From Tubulanus polymorphus (taxonomy: Eukaryota > Animalia > Nemertea): DNA of 64,000 bases. Where the stretch lies: NCBI RefSeq assembly GCF_964204645.1, contig NC_134035.1, positions 13,424,451 to 13,488,450 on the forward strand. The letters run 5' to 3'. The notes beneath the pieces are model-generated. The model was not told where the DNA came from. It ran no database searches and worked only from the letters and a program-made list of their open reading frames with translations. Below are positions 50,633 through 60,932 of the stretch, piece after piece. The position numbers were made by a program, and so were the translations under genes. Position 1 is the stretch's first letter, and each line of letters opens with the position of its first letter.

Positions 50633-53571
50633 ATGTGGCGCCTCGTCCATCAACTACTGAAAATTCGCGTATTACAACTTATGGTTTTATTTGATAGTTC
50701 GCTGACAGTAACGTCAGGTAGGTAAAAATACAGTGCCCAGTCGCACAGTCGCATGGCTTCGATCTCTAACACCAGTCTTTGACCAACTTGATTCTTTAGC
50801 CAATCTAACAACTAAAGATCGGTCTTAAGATGATTTAAGACCACTTTTGGACTTCGGTCACGACTGTGCAACCGGGCTCAGGGTTCATAGGTCCATAAGT
50901 TCTACCAAAATTCGCAGTTGTAATTTCACCCTCGTGTTAAAACATTTTTACTTATTATGAACTAATTTTTACTCAGTCAATACTAAACCAGTCCGACAAC
51001 TGTGGAACTGTGACGATGGAATAAGAATATAATGAAACATCATTTAGATACAGCTGCGGATGATGGAATATTTTTGTGTCTATTTCCGCAGAATGTCGAG
51101 TCGAAGATCCAGTAGAATTAGAAGCGAGGGCGGCTCCGCAATTTCTACAGTCTCCAAATTATCCGTTTTTCTATAAACCGTACGTAATTATAACTCCTTC
51201 AGAAAATATGGCGACCTCCTAGATCCCCCTATGACATCACTAACGCACTGTCCAACATATCTTACATTCTGATAAGGCTCAAGCCCTGGTAAGCGAGGGT
51301 GGTGGGTTATAACGGGTTTTTGCCGAATCTGATATTACAGTTTGACCTACTGTAGATGGATACTGAAAGCAAAGGAGAGTCACGTGATAACCGTTGAGGT
51401 ACTCGACACTGATACGGAGGGCAGTCCGACTTGTAACAAAGACTTCATCGAGATCAGAGACGGTACGAATATATCAATCGCGATTTTAAACTATATCAAA
51501 GTCGTTTTGAGGCAGTTAATTTGATTTCAAATTGAAAGGTTCCACGATTCTGAATTTGACATACAATTTTTGGATCCATTCCCGCTAGTAAAGATTTGAC
51601 TCCTTTTTAGTTGTAAGTAGCTTCATGAACATGAGAACAATTCTACAGTGTTACAGTGTATAAATATGCTTTTGAGTCTTTTGAAAAGACATTATTAGCA
51701 AATATTTGACTCCTGATAAAAAAATTAAATAATTTTGATTTAGATCCAAATCTTGTTGATGTTCATTTATTTCACATTGAAAGGTAAATACCAGTGGGAC
51801 TACGCGTTACGTCGCTGGTGCGGAAATAAACTACCAGCGAATTTTACCGGCTACAAAGACGCCATGTTTGTGACGTTTAAAACGGACGACAGTGAACAGG
51901 GGCGTGGCTTCAGATTCAAATACTGGTCGACACCAAAACGTAAGAAATAACTTCTAGCAGGGATCGATGGATCAAGGAAAATTGGGGTCCAGGGGCCGGT
52001 TCCATAGTCGAGACTAAAGTCCCGAAAGTGGTCTTAAATCTTAAGACTGGTCTTAAGTTGATAGATTGGCTATAGAACTAAGATAGTTTTAGACTGGTCT
52101 TTAGTCTAAGCTATGGCTATGGAACCGGCCCCAGAAGACAAGAAACGGCATTTCTCGAATTAAGCAGCCATCATATCAATGGCCACCAGCGGGGCTCTCC
52201 CTCGGTATTAGACCTTTTTGTAAAAATGTCAAAGCAATTTCCGAATTTGCAGGTTTTCTGCGATCTCTGTCTTGTCATAAAGGGCAACCTCACTGGAAGG
52301 GGCCCATCCCTTAATTCCGTCCCTGTTCTAATGCTCAAAACATTTCGAACCAATTTTAACAGTTATTAGTTTGATTAACTAGACTAGCCTACTCTTAATA
52401 AATCTATGTCACGACAATGCAGCTGATTCCGGTTGGACCGGTTGCATAGTCATGGCTTAGACTTAAGACCTGTCTAAGACCAACTTAGTTCTTTAGCCAA
52501 ACTAACAACTTAAGACCAGTCTTAAGATTTAAGACCACTTTTGGACTTAAGTCACGACTGTGCAACTGGCCCATTAGCGGCCTTTCATCCCTCGAAAAGT
52601 AACCTATATGGAAATTCATACATCAGCATCGTCTAGTTGGAAACGGATGAAGGTGACATGTGTCACTTCAACGAGACTTTCATATCATTCTAATTCCAGA
52701 TTTATAAATATAAGTCACGACACCTGAATCGTGGAGTTTTAGATTAGTGGCCTTTCATCCCTCGAGGGGATCTGTACGCAATAGGGAAATCTATCAGCAT
52801 CGTCTAGTTGGAAACGGATGAGGGTGGCAGAGTCTCGCGATGCCATCGGGTTCGATTGCCAGCGATGGAGGAACATGACAAGATGCTATCCGGTTTGAAG
52901 CCCTGCCGACGAAGGTTGAGCTTCAAACCGAAAAAAAAACGCGCCATGTGTCACCTCAACGAGACTTTTATATAGAATACAATATATTTCATTGCTCACA
53001 AAATTACATTTGCTTAGAGCAAAAAGACAATACAACATGAATGTCAATCCAATCCAATACAATATGTATCACTAGAACGATGACCACACTCAAACGTGGT
53101 GAACGGATAATAAGATAAAATCCCACTATTTACAGATTAAAAGAATTTAAAAACAAGAATTTATTTATTAAATCTCTACGATGATGACGATGATCTCTAG
53201 GGTGAGTTCGAAACGTCGTGTCTTTTATATATTTAAGATTTAATAAATAAATTCTGGTTTTTAATTTCTTTAATCTGTAAATAGTGGGATTTTATCTTAA
53301 TATATATCATTCTATAATTTCAGATTTAATGCAATATAAACAGGTCGAGTTCCGCGCAGTGAATTATTTCCTGATGGCGCTGTCGGCCACGTTACTGGTG
53401 TCAGTGTTAACCACGTGTACAGTCATCTGGATAAACCGATCAGCTTCCAACTCGCAACGGCTCCTGCGATTTAACAGAAAAATATTCAACACTCCCGCCG
53501 TAGATTCCTCGGTTTCGGTCGACCAGACGCACAGAATAACGATTCATTCCGATTGCGAGTCGAACGCGTAG
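50633..53571 (+). CDS. Single-CUB-domain type I membrane protein, 5 exons, 232 aa
   Basis: Exons 50633-50717, 51092-51179, 51341-51462, 51784-51939, 53324-53571. CUB motifs SPNYP, CRWIL, CNKDFIEIRDG, WCG, FKTDDSEQGRGF; TM YFLMALSATLLVSVLTTCTVIWI. Confidence 0.85.
53072..53298 (+). mobile_element. Penelope-type fold-back insertion with a 5'-damaged hammerhead
   Basis: Direct repeat AATAT(G/A)TATCA at 53061-53071 and 53299-53309; inverted arms ATAAAATCCCACTATTTACAG; centre (A)TGACGA-T-GATCTC-TAGGGT-GAGTTC-GAAACGTC. Confidence 0.72.
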
Positions 53572-54184
53572 TACTGTTCGTGATACGTCCCGCTAGATGG
53601 CGTGCATAACAGTTGGACAACTCTGCATCAAAATCTAGTTCATTCTCAATGGAATTTCATCTAGATTTTAGCCACACCAGAAATTAGAAAAATCCTGTCT
53701 CTTTAATAAACTCAAATTGACATCAAGGGTTTATGATATGTTTGTTTGTGACTCGTGGAAATTATGGATAGATTTAAATTGAATCTAAGGAGAAATCCGA
53801 CATCCGATATCCTACAACCGGCATCCGACATCCGGCGTCGGGCATCCGACATCCGACAACCGGCATCGGGTTGGCTTTACTTCAACAGAAGTAAATTGGA
53901 AGAAAAAAGAACAAAAAACAATTTTCTATTTCACTCGAATCTAATGATTTTGTATTCTTTGATGAAATCAGATACACGTGTATATACAGACAATTCGATA
54001 TATGGAACAACGTAATAAAATAATCTGATGTAGTTTCAGTCCCTTTTGTGAGTAAATTACGTCATAGAGTGGGTTTGCTTAACATAAAAAACATAATCAG
54101 GGGATTTATAAACTAAAAACAGATTTTGAGATGTAAAATCGCTATTCGAAATTTTCAAATATGACATCAAAACAGAGCAAAATC

Positions 54185-54320
54185 TCTAATTTAACCAGTA
54201 ACCCTAACCGCGCCTATCTCACCAGTAACCATAACCCTAGCTCTGCCAAATCTGGGACTCGAACTAGTGCCACCTCCAGTGTGTCAGGTGAGCATGCTAA
54301 CCACTCGACCATAGATCTGA
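54185..54320 (-). mobile_element. tRNA-derived SINE-like element with TTAGGG-like body
   Basis: Minus strand TCAGATC..TGGTCGAGTGG (A box)..GTTCGAGTCC (B box)..GATTTGG, then AGAGCTAGGGTTATGGTTA...TTAGGGTTAC. Confidence 0.65.
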
Positions 54321-54767
54321 TGGTGCTTGACGTCTGTAAGTTTGTCGGGTCAGTGTACCGGTGAAACTGGTTAAGTTTCTCATTTGAAATAGTTAGTTGG
54401 TTTAAACAAGGTTTCTATGTACAAGCCTTATACATACAGTCAAATATAAATGATGTAATTACTAAATCAAATAATTCGGTTGATTGAATAATCAGTAAAT
54501 AAAACCAGAAACGACCTACATTCAAATTTGTAACTCTACGGGCGCCGGGATTGCATAACCAGGTGCGCATATACATGACAACATTTAGAAACTGAAATCA
54601 ATCTCTTTTGTCTTGTTGTTGTTGTATTAAAAAAATTCGGAATCTGCTTCAAATGCTGCAAATTCTAAATTGAACCCGGTGTCGTCAGCCGCCGAGGCAG
54701 TAGATCTTTATCCAATTACACTCCAAAATCTCGGTACTTGAATCCTCCAAACGGTTGCGTTACACTC

Positions 54768-56082
54768 TTACACGGAGGTGTTTTGAAATAGTTTTAACGT
54801 GCTACTACTAGTTACATTGTCCGTCGAGTTCGCTGTAGATATCTGATGTAAAGATTCATCGGTCTAAAAAAAAAATAGAAACATAGAACATAATCTACTA
54901 CTCTACTGCGATTATAACAAGTTGATCGTCCCTTCATTATGTAGAATTTGAAGAATGCAGAAGAAAGAGTCCGCCCAAGGAAGTTAAGGGGTCAGGTCAG
55001 TTAACAGGGGCCTGACACAAACCCGGTAGTTTTTATCTTATAGTACCTGTACTGAATAAACCTCTGATAGTTTAGGCATAACGTCTACGATGTCATCGGA
55101 AGTTGGTTTGCGTCTTTTAGCTTTCTGCCATTCTTTATATTTACAAGTGAAATGAATCCCGCATGATCCGCCGATCACCAACACGACGAATATATACGAG
55201 ATGACGTTGATAATGATTACATCTCGATGCGAGACTTTTAGATCTTTTTCGATTACTGTTGCATTTGTCGGGTTCGTTACGTTAGACGAACCGTAAACAA
55301 TCTGAAAAATCGTAAATATGAAGTCCTTTGTAATGCCAATGAAAAACACGGCGTTATAACGAATTTGGCAGCTGTAAGCCTAGCGCACATCGACACTGCG
55401 ATTGGAGACAACTAGTTGCTACCGAACGATTACCCCGCGCACATCGAAATCTAGTTACAACCGGTCAGTTGCAGCAACTGCATGGCGCGCGTGTCGATCG
55501 TCGAGATCCAGAGTGCGCACATCTACGGATATGACTGCGATTGAGTACAACCAGTTGCTCAAAAGTAGAACATGGGCAACTGGCTGGAACTGGAGATAGA
55601 TCGACGCTTACCTATCGTAAGCTCGCTCACATCGACACATTCAAGCAACTGATCGTATCCAGCCAGTTCCTCTCATGCGCCGAAAACTGCCTTGCAACTA
55701 GTTGTCTCCAATCGCAGTGTCGATGTGCGCTAGGCTTTATAAAGAATGGTAAATCCATTGAATCTGAGTTAGATTGGGTAAATTCGTTCTCTAAAAAGTG
55801 AACAGTGGCATTATACAGGTTGGCAGCGGTATCGAACTTCGACCGAATAGCGCTGTCATTTCTTAGGTATAATTCTTATCAGTTTTTACAAAACCTAAAT
55901 AAGGACAATTCTCAGATTTTCGACCAACTCAAACAACATTGAGATAACAGATTGTGATTAGCTTTTGATGAAACTGGATTCAGTATCGTAAATTCAAACC
56001 ACTTAACTTAGTGTAAAACTTTGAAACCTACCCTGCTCATCAGCGTTACAATTCCTAACACTGCGCATAGACGTGACAGCAT
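54768..56082 (-). CDS. Small uncharacterised type I membrane glycoprotein, 3 coding exons, ~133 aa
   Basis: Exons 56082-56032, 55301-55047 (alternative donor 55062), 54863-54768, all phase 0. Signal peptide MLSRLCAVLGIVTLMSRIVYG, NVT/NAT sequons, TM VIIINVISYIFVVLVIGGSCGIHFTC, basic stop-transfer, C-terminus -NTSV. Confidence 0.7.
55377..55736. mobile_element. Harbinger-like MITE with ~43-bp TIRs
   Basis: AGCCTAGCGCACATCGACACTGCGATTGGAGACAACTAGTTGC and its exact reverse complement, with TWA-like flanks. Confidence 0.88.
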
Positions 56083-57177
56083 CCTAAAGAATTTTATAGG
56101 AAAAAATAATTCGAACTATTTAGAACATTTTGACGATACTTTGCCAGAGAAAGAAACAGTTGAAGACATTTTCGTGAGGTCATAGTTATTGATTATATTC
56201 ATTCTTAATTATTCAGAAACAATATTCAGACTTCACATCTCTCAACCTTGGCGTACCGACCCCTGATATTCGTATACTATACCAGCCACATAAGGATCAG
56301 GGGAGCGACTGCAGTTTAGGTGTCCCTAATGGTTATGTACCTAACCTTACCGTAACACTATTCTTTAAACACTAGTGCCACCCAGTGGATAGGTGACCCC
56401 AACTGCAGTTACACCGGATCCGGTTCCCCAGTTATGGCTCATGGCTCAGATTTAAGACCATCTTAGCGCTAACGCCGATCTTAAGACCGCTAAGACAGCA
56501 GGTCGCGACTTTGCCCTGAGCTTAAACATTATCACGATTTCCTAGCGTTATCGCGAAATGAAATTGATCCGAATTTTTTATCGCTTTTTCAACATTAGAA
56601 AAAAACAGATAACTGCAGGATATATTCACAGTGCTAGACTAATACATGTTATTTTCACACTTACTTGCCACCAGTCCCAGCACCCGCGGGTAAAACCATG
56701 ATCTCCTTGGTAAGGCGTATACTATAGACCAAGGTACTCTATATATATATATACCCCTATTGTATTCAATAATATGTACTTGTATTATTCAAGACGATTT
56801 GCCCGTTTCACCTGCATATATACAGGGTGACGATGGGTCACGTGACCGCCTCTAGTGAGTGCCCTCGAATAGTTTACTGTTGTTGTTAAACCAGTTCTAT
56901 ATTTGCAGTGTGTATATTTTACCGCGCAGTGCCGGTCTTTGTGCTTTAGGGGGGAGGGGGGGGGGGGAGAATTATTCGTGCATTAGCATTGAAACTTATA
57001 CGCTGGCAAGTCGAATATCAATTAGCATTACCTAATATAGATCGAGTATTTACACAGTCGTCTCTTGTAGGGTCCTAGCACACCCAGTAAGTACCGTGTT
57101 GCTGGGTTTTCTGTAGCTTGACGCAGATTCGGCGTTTAGCTAGTTATATAGATAGATAGAATATATTGTTCGGTATT

Positions 57178-57420
57178 AGTAAAATCCCACAATAAATGAA
57201 TTAAATGATAAGATGTTTATTTAAAACATATAAGAAATATTTCGGGTGGTTACTACCACCCTTCTTCAGTCTAAAATGACTTTTAGACTGAAGAAGGGTG
57301 GTAGTAACCACCCGAAATATTTCTCATATGTTTTAAATAAACATTTTATCATATAATTCTTTTATTGTGGGATTGTACTCGTATCGTTTTATCACGGATA
57401 TTGTGATCTGCAATTGATTC
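57178..57420. mobile_element. Penelope-type fold-back insertion with two inverted minimal hammerhead ribozymes
   Basis: 13-bp TSD ATTGTTCGGTATT (57165-57177 and 57421-57433); near-perfect palindrome centred on 57277-57280. Confidence 0.85.
57285..57324 (+). ncRNA. Minimal type I hammerhead ribozyme motif (mirror copy on - strand at 57272-57233)
   Basis: AGA-CTGAAGA-A-GGGTGGT-AGTA-ACCACCC-GAAA-TAT-T-TCT: CUGANGA core, 7-bp stem II, GAAA, palindromic stem III region, 3-bp stem I. Confidence 0.72.
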
Positions 57421-57659
57421 ATTGTTCGGTATTGTTTAAGTCAGTTAACAAAATGCGGAATTGTACCAGAACGAAGCTGCTGCTCCTAATCTCCATTGGT
57501 ATGACGAGCAACCACCTCTACTTGACGTAGGAGAATTTTTCTTGTTCTTTGACTATTAAGGGATGATAATGCTGAATAGAGGACGTACAGGGGTGTCCCG
57601 GGTTCGAACCCAGGAATAACTGATCCTGATCCCGAGTGAAGCACTATTATTGTGTATCA

Positions 57660-58775
57660 TCAATTTGCAGATTTTAAATTTGGACCGCGGCAGGCCGGTT
57701 TGTTACATTTTAACTGTTTAACAGCGAGTCTGAATTTATTATTTGATAAGCAATAAACGATAAAGTTCATACATGAATCTACGACGGTCATTCCGATACC
57801 GATTTTACGCCGAATCATCAGTGTTTCTACACCAGTCAGATTTCCATAATAAACCCAAACTATTCCAAGAAAACCGAAATACTGTAGCTTTTCTAGAAAT
57901 AGCACTGATTCGCAGGCGATGTACACGGCCACTAATGCCAATGACATTCGTAAAACACGCAATTCTAATGTGTTAGTGGCGCGGCTTTTAGAACGAGTTT
58001 TACCGACACTAGAAACTTTAACGACGATTAAAACTACGATTAAAGATATATTTATAACACCCAGTGAGACCATTGGAGCCATGATGCTCATTGTTATAAA
58101 TATCCAGCCTTGCGATAGACGTTTCCACGTATCAACAAACGCAGGGTAAACTATAACATGGGTTCGTCTTATAGTTGGGGGGTTGTGAATACAGGGTACT
58201 GGTTTGAAGGCTCGATCCGGTAGAAATATCACAAAACAAAAACAAAAACTAAACAAACATAACACACCTATTATAGAATTCACTACTTTTCGAGTCCAAA
58301 ACAATCTGGATTTTAACGGGAAAACTGTAATAACGAGTCTTTCCAAACTGACGAGAATGACGCACCAGTTTCGTATTAATTGAAACGCATTATAAGGCGC
58401 CAATGCAGTTATAATGAATTCCCAACCAAAATACCAATCATCCGCACGTAAAATGACGTCACCTAAATGTATATAGAGATGCATTGCGCGTAGAGGGTAC
58501 ATCACGAATACGGTTGTCGAATAACATATGTCGAAAATAGCGAGAACTTTGATTAAATGATACACTTCATTGTTCATCTTCTTTAACACTAGAAGCGTTA
58601 TGATATTCAAAATGATACCGAGTATTGTGACTGGTCCGTAAAAGAAGATGTACATATATATGCTGAACCGATATTGCCAGTGTATTCCCATGGTACTCCG
58701 TATATGGTCACATTCTCCAGAGTAGGTTCTTACAGTTGGCGACAGAACAGTGGTAACGTTTGAAGAACTCATCAT
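57660..58775 (-). CDS. Rhodopsin-class peptide GPCR (FMRFamide-receptor-like clade), intronless, 371 aa
   Basis: Seven hydrophobic segments; GIILNIITL (TM1), LAIFD (TM2), SLERL (DRY variant), CES (TM6), DSCMNFIVYC (TM7); N-terminal NVT sequon. Confidence 0.9.
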   Translation of the reverse strand: MMSSSNVTTVLSPTVRTYSGECDHIRSTMGIHWQYRFSIYMYIFFYGPVTILGIILNIITLLVLKKMNNEVYHLIKVLAIFDICYSTTVFVMYPLRAMHLYIHLGDVILRADDWYFGWEFIITALAPYNAFQLIRNWCVILVSLERLVITVFPLKSRLFWTRKVVNSIIGVLCLFSFCFCFVIFLPDRAFKPVPCIHNPPTIRRTHVIVYPAFVDTWKRLSQGWIFITMSIMAPMVSLGVINISLIVVLIVVKVSSVGKTRSKSRATNTLELRVLRMSLALVAVYIACESVLFLEKLQYFGFLGIVWVYYGNLTGVETLMIRRKIGIGMTVVDSCMNFIVYCLSNNKFRLAVKQLKCNKPACRGPNLKSAN

Positions 58776-60932
58776 TCAATGCTCGGCAGTGACGTGGAAT
58801 ATCATTCTCTCGTCATGTTACGCCCCTTTCAAGATGTAGCATGATAGTGTGTAATTTTCTAAATGGAAATGTGCGCTCCGCTCGCGAGCTGCGACCTGTA
58901 AATCTGAATCAGTATCTGACACGACGTGTCTTTGAGCAGAGTTACTCTGATGAAATGGCGCTACCACGAATAGCTCAAACCTTTCAACGACAACTTGCAA
59001 ATACCTTTCATCTCTCTTGTTTAAGATAATTCATTTCTTTCTATTTCCTCTTTAGGCCAATAACTATATAATTAGTGCCTTGCCTATTTAACTCACAAGA
59101 AATTAATTCTTTCCATGGCCCAACCCGGACGGGGTGTTAACGATTGGAGACCGAATTCCAAGGATTCAACCAAAACCAGGATATTAAAAACTTAGTAATC
59201 TCTGACCACAACTGACCAATTCAAACTTCTAGAATATCGGAAAATGTGAAATCGAATTTGATGTAAAAATTCCGTGGATTAATGCTCATAGATTGTCCAA
59301 CAGGCACGTGACCACAATTACCATATGGGGCTTATGGAATAATGAGACGTTTTTTAAGGTTTTTCCGTCGAAAGGACTCATATATAGATTGTTTATTCAA
59401 TAACTGACCAGCAGTATTTGGGTGATGTTCAGATCAGTCAGAATGGTCTTGCATAGCGAGTTACCAGTTATTTTCAAACGAGCCAAGTGCGGGATTTCAT
59501 TTTACGTCTTATGGAATTATAATGGAAAATGTGATTTTAGTAATTCAAACAGTGTGTGTGCGCGCGCATGTTTTTAAATTCTAGTTATCCTTCACAATTC
59601 CACCCGGTACCACAGAGTTCTCTATAGATTCGACTCCAAGAGAATTAACCGATTTCAAATAAATGCAAGAAGCCGATATTGTAATTTTAGACTTGATCGA
59701 CTTTTATTTCACGAGATAAAAATCATCAATTCACATCAGTTGTAAAATACAATCTATAACGATGCTCTATGATCATATTATCACGACGAACCAATCAACG
59801 CGACAGGTTCTAGTGACGTCACCAACGTCGCAGCCAATCAACATGCACGAAGCCGTTTCTCACAGCGCGTTTTAACCAATCAACGCACACGGAGCTAATG
59901 ACGTAAACATCAATCTACGCGAGAGGGAACACTGCTGAGACGACACCTATCGGGAACTACGGGCGGTAGGATGCGTGCTAGGGGTTGCTGTAATCCCGTC
60001 ATCAGGGCCAAGCTGAAACATCAAAAACGAAGGGAACATTTATATATTTACATCTAAAACTAAAGACGTTTCTATTTAGTGATGCATCCTGCCGTTTTCC
60101 GTGCAGTGCATATATATATACTACGGGTATGAATCTGTGCAGCCTGGGAACTGAACACCAGGAAATTTTGGAAAAATTAGGCACATTTTTATGCAATTCT
60201 AGTGCATATTACTGCTTTAAGTACTGTGAACTTTTCTGTCATTGATCAATGTCGGTTGGAAGTTTTCACATGTGATTTTCAAAAGGGCTTTTGGTAAGAA
60301 AACGGGGGGGGGGGGTTGGGCACCCCGAACCGCCCCTCTGGATCCGCCCCTGTTCACCTAGAACTTCAGTGTCCGATAGGCGGATCGTGAAATAGTGTCG
60401 TAGGGCGATGGCGATCGCTGAGTGAACAGCCCACTTGGTGAACCTGGACCCTGTACCCCCTCAGCTTGGACCCAACCTGAATGGAATGATCCCTGGCTGC
60501 AAATTCATACCTGAATTACTATAGAAACATTAATTTGATTTCGGGTAGAATCAACTGTAACGATTATTGTGCTCATGCTTGATTTGTGTAAAAAAAAACA
60601 CTTAGATCCTAAAAATACCTTCACTTCCCTCGGACCCTGTTTTACACCGGGTGAGAGACCCACTACCTTGTAGTCGCAGACTGTACTTTAACTACTATTT
60701 GCGCTTCAATTGCTTCTACATTTTAATCAAAATGAAATCAACTTTTCTCTGAACTATGGAAACCATCAGGAAACACCGAGAGACGAAAAGTGAATTTTAT
60801 GCCTTTTTGCATACTATAATCAAATTTGGATTCGGCAGATTATCCGAAAAATTCAGATTTCGAATTTTAAAGTTTGTGAAATGATTTAGGCTAAAACCGA
60901 CTGTTAAAAGCGCCATCTGGTGGTGCCTGGAA

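Noticed and set aside
52578-52970. Ribozyme in the duplicated structured block (GGTTTGAAGC…GCTTCAAACC-GAAA)
   Set aside because: No CUGANGA upstream of the stem; more likely a DNA-transposon fragment.
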